Both the position numbers and the translations under genes were made by a program. Under the pieces are notes generated by a model. It did no database searches. It was not told where the DNA came from and saw nothing but the letters and a program-made list of their open reading frames with translations. Below, in pieces: positions 9,872 to 17,918 of a stretch of 24,000 nt of DNA. The DNA comes from Acaryochloris marina S15 (GTDB taxonomy: Bacteria > Cyanobacteriota > Cyanobacteriia > Thermosynechococcales > Thermosynechococcaceae): contig NZ_CP064923.1 of assembly GCF_018336915.1 (NCBI RefSeq), positions 5,020,495-5,044,494 of the forward strand, given 5' to 3'. Every line of letters starts with the position of its first letter. Positions within the stretch are counted from its first letter, which is position 1.

Positions 9872-9926
9872 GGCTTACAGCCCATATTCCATATACAATC
9901 CGAGGATAAAATATGGGCTGTAAGTC
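9872..9926 (-). terminator. Strong hairpin plus T-tract, likely terminator of the clpR-clpP transcription unit
   Basis: CTTACAGCCCATATT (9874-9888) pairs perfectly with AATATGGGCTGTAAG (9910-9924), 15 bp, 21-nt loop. On the minus strand it is followed by CCTCCTCCTTTTTT. Confidence 0.65.
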
Positions 9927-10000
9927 CCCATAAACCAAAGCTGGCAGCCCCAATACGAGAGACTACCAGACTTAATAAATAGGTTGTAAAAGCAAGACTG

Positions 10001-10597
10001 TTAGGCAGGCTTTTCTTCAATCACTTGGTCAATGAGACCATATTCCAAAGCCTCATGGGCAGACATGAAGAAATCCCGATCCATGTCTTTTTCAATTTTT
10101 TCTAGGGGTTGTTTCGTTCTCGCGGAGTAGATGCCATTCAACTGCTGACGCACGCGAATGATTTCCTTAGCTTCAATTTCAATATCAGAAGCCTGACCAC
10201 GAGCACCACCAGAGGGCTGGTGAATCATGATGCGGGAGTGGGGAAGCGCTAAACGCTTACCTGGAGAACCCGCAGCAAGTAGAAATGATCCCATTGAGGC
10301 CGCTAAGCCCACACAGATCGTCGCAACTTCTGACTTAATGTGCTGCATGGTGTCATAGATGGCCAATCCCGCTGTCACTGAGCCACCCGGTGAGTTGATA
10401 TAGATGGAGATCGGCTTACTAGGATCTTCAGAATCCAAGTAAAGGAGAAAAGCCACAATTTGATTGGCTAGACCATCGGTTACTTCCTGGCCTAGAAAAA
10501 TGATTCTTTCCTGGCTCAGGCGGGTATAAATATCCACCCAACGTTCATAGGGACTGCCAGGGATACGGTAGGGAACGCTAGGAACACCAATAGGCAT
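10001..10597 (-). CDS. clpP: ATP-dependent Clp protease proteolytic subunit (catalytically competent paralogue)
   Basis: 198 aa; [19 protein letters not shown], catalytic Ser in [14 protein letters not shown], His in [14 protein letters not shown], Asp in DMDRDFF. Confidence 0.96.
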   Translation of the reverse strand: MPIGVPSVPYRIPGSPYERWVDIYTRLSQERIIFLGQEVTDGLANQIVAFLLYLDSEDPSKPISIYINSPGGSVTAGLAIYDTMQHIKSEVATICVGLAASMGSFLLAAGSPGKRLALPHSRIMIHQPSGGARGQASDIEIEAKEIIRVRQQLNGIYSARTKQPLEKIEKDMDRDFFMSAHEALEYGLIDQVIEEKPA

Positions 10598-10641
10598 AGT
10601 CGATAACTCTCTTTTTGCTACTACTCAGGTTGACTCATTTT

Positions 10642-11334
10642 TTAAACTGCAGAGGGCATTGGCGTGGGTAATTCTTTTTGGCTAGCCAACACGCGATCAA
10701 TCAACCCATAGTCTTTAGCTTCTTCTGGGGACAGATAAAACATCCGGTCCATATCTTTGGAAATCTTTTCGGACGTTTGCCCGGTATTTTTCTCCAGGAT
10801 GTCTAACATCGTGGTTTTATTGGCAATGACTTCCTGGGCTCGAATTTGGATGTCAGAGGCTTGCCCTTGAGCACCACTGCGGGCTTGGTTGAGAACAATA
10901 GTGGCATGTCCCAAACTCGCTCGGAACCCCTTCGTCCCCGCTGACAAGATCATTGCCGCAGTTCCCATCGCTTGACCAATACAGATGGTATGCACAGGAG
11001 GTTTGATATATGACATGGTATCGCAAATGGCAAAGGCTTCCGTTTCAAAGCCAATGGCATCGCCGCCATACCAAGAGGTACCTGTGGAGTTGATGTAAAA
11101 GAAAATAGGTTTATCAGGATCGTCGAATTGCAAGAACAACAGTTGAGCAATAATCAACTCTGTGACATCAAAGCCAACCTGGCGTTTGATATCATCTGAG
11201 GAAAATAGGGGCATCCCTAAATAAACAATTCGCTCTTTTAGCAATAGAGACTGTAAATCAGGGGGCGGGGTGCGGTAATAGGCATCGCCGCCGCCACCAT
11301 AAGGGGCTTGAACTGCTTGAATCCTTGACTCCAT
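10642..11334 (-). CDS. clpR: ClpR, non-catalytic ClpP-like subunit
   Basis: ORF track extends to 11466 but the plausible start is MESRIQAVQAPYGGGGDAYYRTPPPDLQ at 11334. Ser-to-Gly change in CIGQAMGTAAMILSAG and His-to-Asn change in ATIVLNQARSGAQGQ remove catalytic residues. Located 44 bp upstream of clpP on the same strand. Confidence 0.88.
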   Translation of the reverse strand: MESRIQAVQAPYGGGGDAYYRTPPPDLQSLLLKERIVYLGMPLFSSDDIKRQVGFDVTELIIAQLLFLQFDDPDKPIFFYINSTGTSWYGGDAIGFETEAFAICDTMSYIKPPVHTICIGQAMGTAAMILSAGTKGFRASLGHATIVLNQARSGAQGQASDIQIRAQEVIANKTTMLDILEKNTGQTSEKISKDMDRMFYLSPEEAKDYGLIDRVLASQKELPTPMPSAV

Positions 11335-11517
11335 TGCCTGACAATTACCTAAAGGTGACAATACTGTTACACTGTAGCAATTTTCTGGCGTTTGAATGGG
11401 GGGAAATACCGTACTCCCAGATTGCTGCTGGATGGCTCTAGTAACGATGAAAGGGTCGTGCCTCAAGTAATTGTGGGTTGAGTATACTAGAGGCTCAGCT
11501 CAGCTTCTAACCTACCC

Positions 11518-11895
11518 ATGCAATGCCCACTATGCGGTCATTCCAAAGCACACAAGCATGGCAAGATGCCCAACATGCTTCAACGATACCGTTGTCCTGA
11601 GTGCCAGCAGACCTTTACTGAACGCTTTGATACCCTTTACTATCGTCGTCAGGTGAGTCCAGAGCAGGTCCGACAAGTCCTCCAAGCCCATGCAGAAGGG
11701 AGTAGTCTTCGAGGTATCACTCGGACCAGTGGCCTAGCTTACAACACTGTAGTCTCTCTAGTAAGAGCTGCTAGCCAACGATCTCAGCAACTCCATAATG
11801 GCCAAGTGCAAGCCGTTGAAACGGAGGATGTCAGTGCAGATGAAATGTGGTCCTTTGTGAAAAAAAGCAAAAACACTGTCTTCCCCATGAGCTAG
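11518..11895 (+). CDS. IS1-family transposase, N-terminal part (InsA-like, zinc finger + HTH)
   Basis: MQCPLCGHSKAHKHGKMPNMLQRYRCPECQQTF (Cys4 pattern), HTH region SSLRGITRTSGLAYNTVVSLVRAA, ends shortly after DEMWSFVKK. Confidence 0.85.
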   Translation: MQCPLCGHSKAHKHGKMPNMLQRYRCPECQQTFTERFDTLYYRRQVSPEQVRQVLQAHAEGSSLRGITRTSGLAYNTVVSLVRAASQRSQQLHNGQVQAVETEDVSADEMWSFVKKSKNTVFPMS

Positions 11896-12347
11896 AGATG
11901 GGTGATTGTTGGATGGCGATTACCTTGGCAAACACAAGCGGCGTGATCCTCTCGTGTCGTGTGGGCAAGCACACCGATTCATTATTGAATGAACTGGTGA
12001 CTAGCACTGAAGGTAAGACCGATTGCAAGGACTGGAATAGCGACGATTGGGGGGGGTACGAAAGAGTGTTGCCTTGGGAGATTGACCATTACATTGGCAA
12101 GGACAGAACTCAACGACTCGAACGCACCAATGGCATTATTCGACAGCACAGTGGTCGATGGCATCGACGCCAGAACAAATTTGGCAAAGTGTGGGCGCAA
12201 ACCAAAGTCACTGCTCGATTAGTGGTCAGCTATTTCAATTGGATTTGGACACACAGTCGGCTTAAAACAACGGCGGCACAACGTGCTGATCTAGCCTCGC
12301 GAGCTTGGCATTGGGATGACATACTCACCTACCCCACAATTGTTTGA
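11847..12347 (+). CDS. IS1-family transposase, C-terminal catalytic part (InsB-like), in the -1 frame relative to 11518..11895
   Basis: KKQKHCLPHELEMGDCWMAITLANTSGVILSCRVGKHTDSLLNELV...DDWGGYERVLP...RLERTNGIIRQHSGRWHRRQNKFGKVW...VVSYFNWIW. The listed ATG is probably not the real start. Confidence 0.85.
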   Translation: MVLCEKKQKHCLPHELEMGDCWMAITLANTSGVILSCRVGKHTDSLLNELVTSTEGKTDCKDWNSDDWGGYERVLPWEIDHYIGKDRTQRLERTNGIIRQHSGRWHRRQNKFGKVWAQTKVTARLVVSYFNWIWTHSRLKTTAAQRADLASRAWHWDDILTYPTIV

Positions 12348-12630
12348 TGCACGACCGCTGAAAGCGCAATAGATTATTTTGAAGCATCGTAATACAATCT
12401 ATTTCGCAAAAACTGAATAAAGAACGGCATTGAGACATTGCAGATCTTACAGAGTGCTTAGAAACATTGATATATCAGTATTTCAGCACCCCTTCTTTCT
12501 TGAATATCCTTGCATTTACAAAAGACGTTTGAACACTCAGGTTTTTTGTAGCATAATACTACAGAATAATCTATTATGCTTCCAGTGACGATTGTCGCTC
12601 CCCACATCGTTTCCGTTTAATGAGTGCATC

Positions 12631-13260
12631 ATGTCTAATCAATGGACCTCGGCAGAACATGCTCTAGGGTATCTAGCTAGGGCAGATCAGTTCCCGCACC
12701 GTACAGAAGGAGAAGCAGTCTTGTTGGAACATGTTCCGCAGTCTGCCCAGCGAATCCTGGACTTAGGAACGGGAGATGGCCGCTTGTTAGCACTCCTAAA
12801 AATTGACCGTTCTGATGTGAACGGTGTGGCGATGGATTTTTCTCCAACCATGCTAGAGGCAGTTCGGCAGCGATTTGCGGATGATGCCAAGGTTACGATT
12901 GTTGACCACAACATGGAGCAGCCCTTACCTCACTTGGAACACTTTGATGGAATTGTCTCTAGTTTTGCAATTCATCATCTGGCAGATGCACGCAAGCGTA
13001 ATCTCTATCAGGAAGTATTTGAGTTACTGAAGCCTGGAGGCATTTTCTGCAACTTAGAGCATGTTGCATCCCCCACGGCCAAACTACATGAGCAGTTTTT
13101 GCAAGCGCTTGACATCGCCCTAGAAGACGATGATCCTTCTAATCAGCTTTTAGATATAGAAACACAACTCAGCTGGTTGAGAGAAATCGGCTTTGAAGAT
13201 GTGGACTGTTATTGGAAGTGGCTAGAGATGGCCCTACTCATTGGAGTGAAACCGCTATGA
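12631..13260 (+). CDS. Class I SAM-dependent methyltransferase
   Basis: RILDLGTGDGRLLALL (motif I), VNGVAMDFSPTMLEAVRQRF, FDGIVSSFAIHHL, LLKPGGIFCNLEHV. ORF track starts at 12592; internal Met MSNQWTSAEHALGYL at 12631 looks more natural. Confidence 0.85.
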   Translation: MSNQWTSAEHALGYLARADQFPHRTEGEAVLLEHVPQSAQRILDLGTGDGRLLALLKIDRSDVNGVAMDFSPTMLEAVRQRFADDAKVTIVDHNMEQPLPHLEHFDGIVSSFAIHHLADARKRNLYQEVFELLKPGGIFCNLEHVASPTAKLHEQFLQALDIALEDDDPSNQLLDIETQLSWLREIGFEDVDCYWKWLEMALLIGVKPL

Positions 13261-13961
13261 AACAGCCGATTCAACGGGTGAGTTCTGGGGCTCCGTGGGA
13301 AGCCCAGGTAGGCTACTGTCGGGCCATTCGAGTGGGTGATCAGATCCATATTTCAGGGACAGCCCCTGTGGATGCTCAAGGACAGGTAGTTTCTGCCGAT
13401 GGTTATACGCAAGCGCATCGCTGTCTAGAGATTATCCAGGCCGCCCTACAAGAGTTGGGAACAGATACCCATGCCGTTGTGCGAACTCGGATGTTTGTCA
13501 CCGATATTACGCAATGGCAAAAATTCTCCCAGGCTCACCAGGAATTCTTTGGGGCCAACCCACCTGTAACCACGATGGTGCAGGTCAGTGCTTTGATTGA
13601 TCCAGCCATGCTGATTGAAATTGAAGCAGATGCAGTGTTTCTAGAAGATAGCGCTCATCCAGGAATACTAAAAGCTCATGACTGTCGGGACATGACTGAT
13701 ATTCGCGTTGCAATTGACCACCTTGATGCCCAAGTCATTGAGTTACTCGGTCAGCGATTTGACTACGTTAAAGCAGCAGCAAAATTCAAAACAGATGCCC
13801 AAAGCGTCAAAGCCCCTGAACGGCTCAAGAGAATGTTAGAGCAGCGACGGCAATGGGCTGAAACAGCTGGTTTAGAGCCTGACATCATCGAACAACTTTA
13901 TCGAGACTTAGTGCAATATTTCATTAACGCTGAACTCGATCATTGGCGTTCCTCCCAATAG
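13257..13961 (+). CDS. Rid (YjgF/YER057c/UK114) domain fused to a PchB-like AroQ-class chorismate mutase / isochorismate pyruvate-lyase domain
   Basis: ORF track starts at 13212; ATG at 13257 overlaps the upstream stop (ATGA). N-terminal GDQIHISGTAPVDAQGQVVSADGYTQAHRCLEIIQAALQELG...VVRTRMFVTDITQW...IEIEADAVF is Rid-like. C-terminal DCRDMTDIRVAIDHLDAQVIELLGQRFDYVKAAAKFKTD...APERLKRMLEQRRQWAETAGLEPDIIEQLYRDLVQYFINAELDHWR matches the PchB pattern. Confidence 0.85.
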   Translation: MKQPIQRVSSGAPWEAQVGYCRAIRVGDQIHISGTAPVDAQGQVVSADGYTQAHRCLEIIQAALQELGTDTHAVVRTRMFVTDITQWQKFSQAHQEFFGANPPVTTMVQVSALIDPAMLIEIEADAVFLEDSAHPGILKAHDCRDMTDIRVAIDHLDAQVIELLGQRFDYVKAAAKFKTDAQSVKAPERLKRMLEQRRQWAETAGLEPDIIEQLYRDLVQYFINAELDHWRSSQ

Positions 13962-13984
13962 CACTTAGGTTTCTGCTCGGAGAG

Positions 13985-15541
13985 TTATCCAGTGACCGGT
14001 TGAGCTTGAGAATGGGATAGATTTCGAAGATGATTTTGAAATTGCCATACTAACAGCACAATCACACAAAGCTGAGCAACTAAACCCACCAGGGCACTAC
14101 TGATCAACATAGGCATCTCAAAATCGCTGAAAGGGTAGCCCAAGAAAGTCCAAATCATCATGGAGGCTGGCATCTGATCAGGCACGATGCGCAAAATCGC
14201 CAACATAATCGGTGGAACCAGCATCCAAAGCCCCAGCCCTCCCATAGTCCAGGTATAGGGGTTGCGAATTTTGAGGGCGAAAATCTGTTGGACGACGGCT
14301 GTATAAATTAGCAATACCCCGGTCATGGATAAAACAATGATGGCAGCAACGGTAGGATTATCTTTGCCAAACCCCACTAAGAACATCCAAGGGACATAGA
14401 GGGCGTTGATGATTAAAAGATTGATTGCGATTGCAACGATTGCCGGACTTTTATCGGCCCAAACTAAATCTCGCAAAATACCTTGAGGCTTTTGTTGAAC
14501 CCGCAGCCAATCTAGGAGAGATGCCCGTTGAGGACAGAGGGCCAGCATAATGACCAAAATCATACCGAAATTAAACGCATATAGAATCCATGTTCCAGCC
14601 ATCCCAGTAAAAGTATTGATTCCAGTCGTTCTAGAAGATATGACGAAAAAGCCAATGGCTAATGGTTCTAGGAAGGCCACAATGGCATAACTCTGCCATT
14701 TACTCATGACGGTGGTGCCTGGATTACGAAATAAGCGGACTAGCATCGACCAAATAAGCATCGTAGCAATAGCTAATACCACTAAAGTAAAGCCATGGGA
14801 CAACCATACAGACTGGTTAATTTCTTGCCCAAACCAGCGAATAATAACAGTCTGATCTCTTTGTGCATATTGGTAAGTATCCCCTTGGGCAGACCATTCG
14901 CTAATCCCTAAAGGCCGCCAAGTCACTGCCATATTCCAGGCAAAGTAGAGCGGAGATAAGAAGAAAAGGGTTAGTCCTGCGAAAGCTACAGCCACTACAG
15001 ATTGCTGCCCAACGGCGATAGTCCGAGAGCTACTGAGAAGGCCATACAAAATCGCCAGGCTAAACAAAGCAAAACACCCGGCTGCCAGCATCACATAGTA
15101 ACTGATCAAGAAAAATACCGGCATACCTGAATTAAGCCCGGCAATGATATGCAAAGGAATTGCAAGCCCAATGGCGATGTAAGGCAAGATCGGCACCCCC
15201 AACATTTTGCCCAACAAAATACCTCGGCTGGGACGGGGGCTAAGCCGAATAAAATTGAGCGTGCCGCGTTTTTCTTCTTGATTCAGATCGCTAACCAGGT
15301 AGTAGCTCCCTGAAGTGAACAGAGCATAGGGCAAAATCCAAAGCATGGCTTCGGCTAAACCCGCCCAACGTTCAATTATGGGGTTAGAGATCTGCTGGGA
15401 AAATACCAGGCCTAGGAGTGTTTGGCCAACTATAGAGATCACAATCGTGGCCGCAATGCTACGGGGCTTTAAGCGGCCTCGAAATTCTCGCAGCAGCTGG
15501 GGATTCCAATTGCCGACTCGATTCATTAAGGTGGATGTCAT
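13985..15541 (-). CDS. ABC transporter permease (ABC-2 type)
   Basis: 518 aa with many predicted TM segments (e.g. SIAATIVISIVGQTLLGLVF, WILPYALFTSGSYYLV, LGKMLGVPILPYIAIGLAIPL), 15 bp downstream of an ABC ATPase gene on the same strand. Confidence 0.82.
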   Translation of the reverse strand: MTSTLMNRVGNWNPQLLREFRGRLKPRSIAATIVISIVGQTLLGLVFSQQISNPIIERWAGLAEAMLWILPYALFTSGSYYLVSDLNQEEKRGTLNFIRLSPRPSRGILLGKMLGVPILPYIAIGLAIPLHIIAGLNSGMPVFFLISYYVMLAAGCFALFSLAILYGLLSSSRTIAVGQQSVVAVAFAGLTLFFLSPLYFAWNMAVTWRPLGISEWSAQGDTYQYAQRDQTVIIRWFGQEINQSVWLSHGFTLVVLAIATMLIWSMLVRLFRNPGTTVMSKWQSYAIVAFLEPLAIGFFVISSRTTGINTFTGMAGTWILYAFNFGMILVIMLALCPQRASLLDWLRVQQKPQGILRDLVWADKSPAIVAIAINLLIINALYVPWMFLVGFGKDNPTVAAIIVLSMTGVLLIYTAVVQQIFALKIRNPYTWTMGGLGLWMLVPPIMLAILRIVPDQMPASMMIWTFLGYPFSDFEMPMLISSALVGLVAQLCVIVLLVWQFQNHLRNLSHSQAQPVTG

Positions 15542-15556
15542 GACGCGACCAGAGAG

Positions 15557-16507
15557 TTATGAGGTTTGCCGATAGCCCATTTTGATAAAGATATCTTCAA
15601 GGCTCTCTTGAGTACGGTGGAAATCGATAATTGGGAAGTTGTGGGAGATTAGCGATCGCAACAACGCAACGATGTCATCATCCGTGCCCGTAAAGGTGAC
15701 GGCAATTTGATGTTTATCTCGTAAGACTTTGCATTCATGAACGAATGCATGGTCCTGTAGAAAGGTTTCGACAGGCGCTAAATCAGCCACAGTAGAAATA
15801 ATCAATTGCTGGGTCTGATCTCGGTTGTATAAAGCCCGCAGCTCTGAACTCTCCACCAGTTGTCCCATCTGCATAATGCCGATGGAGGTACAGAAATCTT
15901 CCAAATCGCTGAGAATATGGGAAGAGATAAAGATAGTTAATCCTTGCTGTTGTAGGGTCTTTAAGGTTTGACGGAACTGTACCCTAGCCACTGGATCTAA
16001 CCCGGAAACAGGTTCATCCAACAGCAATAAGGTGGGTTTATGAATAATCGTTCGAGCTAAGCTGAGGCGCTGCTTCATACCCCGAGATAAGGTACTAATC
16101 GGGCTATGGCGCTTACTGTCCAGATCGACCAACGCCAACACTTCATTCAATCTGTGGCTGAGGTCTGGTTCTTGCAGATAATACAAACGAGCAAAATATT
16201 CTAGATAATCCCAAACCAACAAATCATCGTATAGAGGAAAATCATCCGGCAGGAAACCGATGCGCCGCTTGATATCAGAATTAGGCTGATTTTGAATGAG
16301 GGTCTGTCCGCCAATCGCAATATTGCCCAAGGTAGGTTCTTCGGCTGTCGCCAGCATGCGAATCAGAGTGGTTTTGCCTGCTCCATTGGGACCAATCAAG
16401 CCGTAAATTTCGCCTTGCTGAACTTGTAGATCCACTTGGCTAACAGCAATGCTATCGCCAAACTGTTTGGTCAATTGCTGAGTAGCAATGACGGGAGGAT
16501 TGGTCAT
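15557..16507 (-). CDS. ABC transporter ATP-binding protein
   Basis: Walker A GLIGPNGAGKTTLIRML, signature LSRGMKQRLSLA, Walker B LLLLDEPVSGLD, switch ISSHIL. Confidence 0.95.
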   Translation of the reverse strand: MTNPPVIATQQLTKQFGDSIAVSQVDLQVQQGEIYGLIGPNGAGKTTLIRMLATAEEPTLGNIAIGGQTLIQNQPNSDIKRRIGFLPDDFPLYDDLLVWDYLEYFARLYYLQEPDLSHRLNEVLALVDLDSKRHSPISTLSRGMKQRLSLARTIIHKPTLLLLDEPVSGLDPVARVQFRQTLKTLQQQGLTIFISSHILSDLEDFCTSIGIMQMGQLVESSELRALYNRDQTQQLIISTVADLAPVETFLQDHAFVHECKVLRDKHQIAVTFTGTDDDIVALLRSLISHNFPIIDFHRTQESLEDIFIKMGYRQTS

Positions 16508-16681
16508 GTATATACTGACCTTTGCGAATAAGAAAACACTGTCATGATGCCATTATCTTCGCGAATCGAGACCCAAACTAGAGTGATATCAATCACGTCT
16601 GTAATACATCAAAGACTGATAAATCAAAGTCAGCAATCGTTTTATCGACACACTGTTAGAGGATGAAATTTCAAACTAGTA

Positions 16682-16719
16682 CTGTTGAGATGAAAGGCAT
16701 CCGTCTTTCATCTCAACAG
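16682..16719. other. Near-perfect intergenic hairpin (17-bp stem including one G-U, 4-nt loop)
   Basis: CTGTTGAGATGAAAGGC-ATCC-GTCTTTCATCTCAACAG. Lies between the ABC ATPase start and the RluD-like gene end; no T-tract on either side. Confidence 0.8.
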
Positions 16720-16909
16720 GATGGCATCGAGGTAGGGCGAGCATTTGTCTACTTCATCCACGCACGATCACTCCTTCACCTGAATGGAAGATGTTTTTGT
16801 CAGTAAGGTATAGAGAGGGAAAAGACTAGGCTCAGACCTCGTTCGTCAGGTGATTAAGCTGTTTCGTATCGATTTATAAGTGCCCATTGAGAGTGGGAGT
16901 GTACCTCAG

Positions 16910-17902
16910 TCAATTCTGCCTATTAGACTCCCCCGTGCGGAGGAGATTGTTCATGGGACTGAAATGAGAGTGCTTCTGTAGACGATTGAGTAACTTAACG
17001 AAGTCAGTGGGCAAAGGTGCTTTGACTTCCAGGTCAGTGCCAGATACAGGATGCTTAAGACTTAAACGCCATGCATGTAAAACTTGTCCGGATAAGTTCA
17101 CCTTCAAGGATCGACCTCGACTATAGAGTGGGTCACCGACAATCGGCCATCCCATCTGAGCACAATGAACCCGAATTTGATGGGTGCGTCCTGTTTCTAG
17201 CCGAAATTTGACCAATGCATAATTGCCCAAGGGCTGCAGAATTTGCCATTGCGTAACGGCCGCTTTACCGCCTTTTTCTTCAGGCACCACTGCCATTTTG
17301 ATTCTATCCGTTGGATTACGGCCAATGGGAAAGTCCATACAACCTATTTCGGTCGATGGATGACCATAGACAATTCCCACATATTCCCGCAGGGCCGTTT
17401 TGGCTGCAATCTGGGCCTGGAGGTGTTGATGGGCCTGATCGGTTTTAGCCACCATCATGGCTCCCGTCGTATCCTTATCAAGGCGGTGCACAATACCCGG
17501 TCGCTCTACCCCACCAATCCCTGAGAGGGTTGAACCCTGACCATCTTGGCAATGGGCCAGCAGACCATGTACGAGGGTGCCTGTGGCATGGCCAGGAGCA
17601 GGATGGACGACTAACCCTGCAGGTTTATTAACGATTAGGAGATGGTCATCCTCAAATAACATCTCCAAATCCATGGGCTCTGGTTCCAGTGCTAAAGGTC
17701 TGGGCGCAGGAATGTGAACTTGAATCTGATCACCTATTTGCAGGGCATATTTCTTGGAGGTGCAAATCTTATGATTGATTTGCACATGGCCTTGTTCAAT
17801 CAGTTTCTGAATATGCGATCGCGACAGCGAATCCACTTGATCAGCCAGCCAGCGGTCAATCCTAGGTGCATCTCCCCCAACAGAAAATTCCAGTTTCTTC
17901 AT
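16910..17902 (-). CDS. rluD: RluD/RluA-family 23S rRNA pseudouridine synthase
   Basis: S4-like N-terminus (RIDRWLADQVDSLSRSHIQKLIEQGHVQIN), catalytic motif GIVHRLDKDTTGAMMVAK, RLETGRTHQIRVHCAQMGWPIVGDPLY. The precise Rlu subfamily is not certain. Confidence 0.88.
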   Translation of the reverse strand: MKKLEFSVGGDAPRIDRWLADQVDSLSRSHIQKLIEQGHVQINHKICTSKKYALQIGDQIQVHIPAPRPLALEPEPMDLEMLFEDDHLLIVNKPAGLVVHPAPGHATGTLVHGLLAHCQDGQGSTLSGIGGVERPGIVHRLDKDTTGAMMVAKTDQAHQHLQAQIAAKTALREYVGIVYGHPSTEIGCMDFPIGRNPTDRIKMAVVPEEKGGKAAVTQWQILQPLGNYALVKFRLETGRTHQIRVHCAQMGWPIVGDPLYSRGRSLKVNLSGQVLHAWRLSLKHPVSGTDLEVKAPLPTDFVKLLNRLQKHSHFSPMNNLLRTGESNRQN

Positions 17903-17918
17903 GAGTGGTAAACCTCAG

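Larger units (their letters stand above)
11469..12347 (+). mobile_element. IS1-family insertion sequence (approximate boundaries)
   Basis: Two overlapping ORFs make an IS1-type transposase. Outermost 9-bp inverted match AATTGTGGG (11469-11477) / CCCACAATT (12333-12341), with further GAGTAT similarity just inside. No 8-9 bp target-site duplication could be confirmed. Confidence 0.75.

Noticed and set aside
9724-10020. 98-aa minus-strand ORF between clpP and the TPR gene
   Set aside because: Overlaps the clpP 3' end, spans the terminator-like hairpin, low-complexity composition and no recognisable motif.
11334-11466. N-terminal extension of the clpR ORF (MRHDPFIVTRAIQQQSG...)
   Set aside because: Not ClpR-like; the MESRIQAVQAPYGG start at 11334 fits the family better.
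13985-16507. ABC-2 exporter considered part of the methyltransferase/Rid-CM cassette
   Set aside because: It is convergent to the cassette rather than co-directional, so shared function cannot be supported from position alone.
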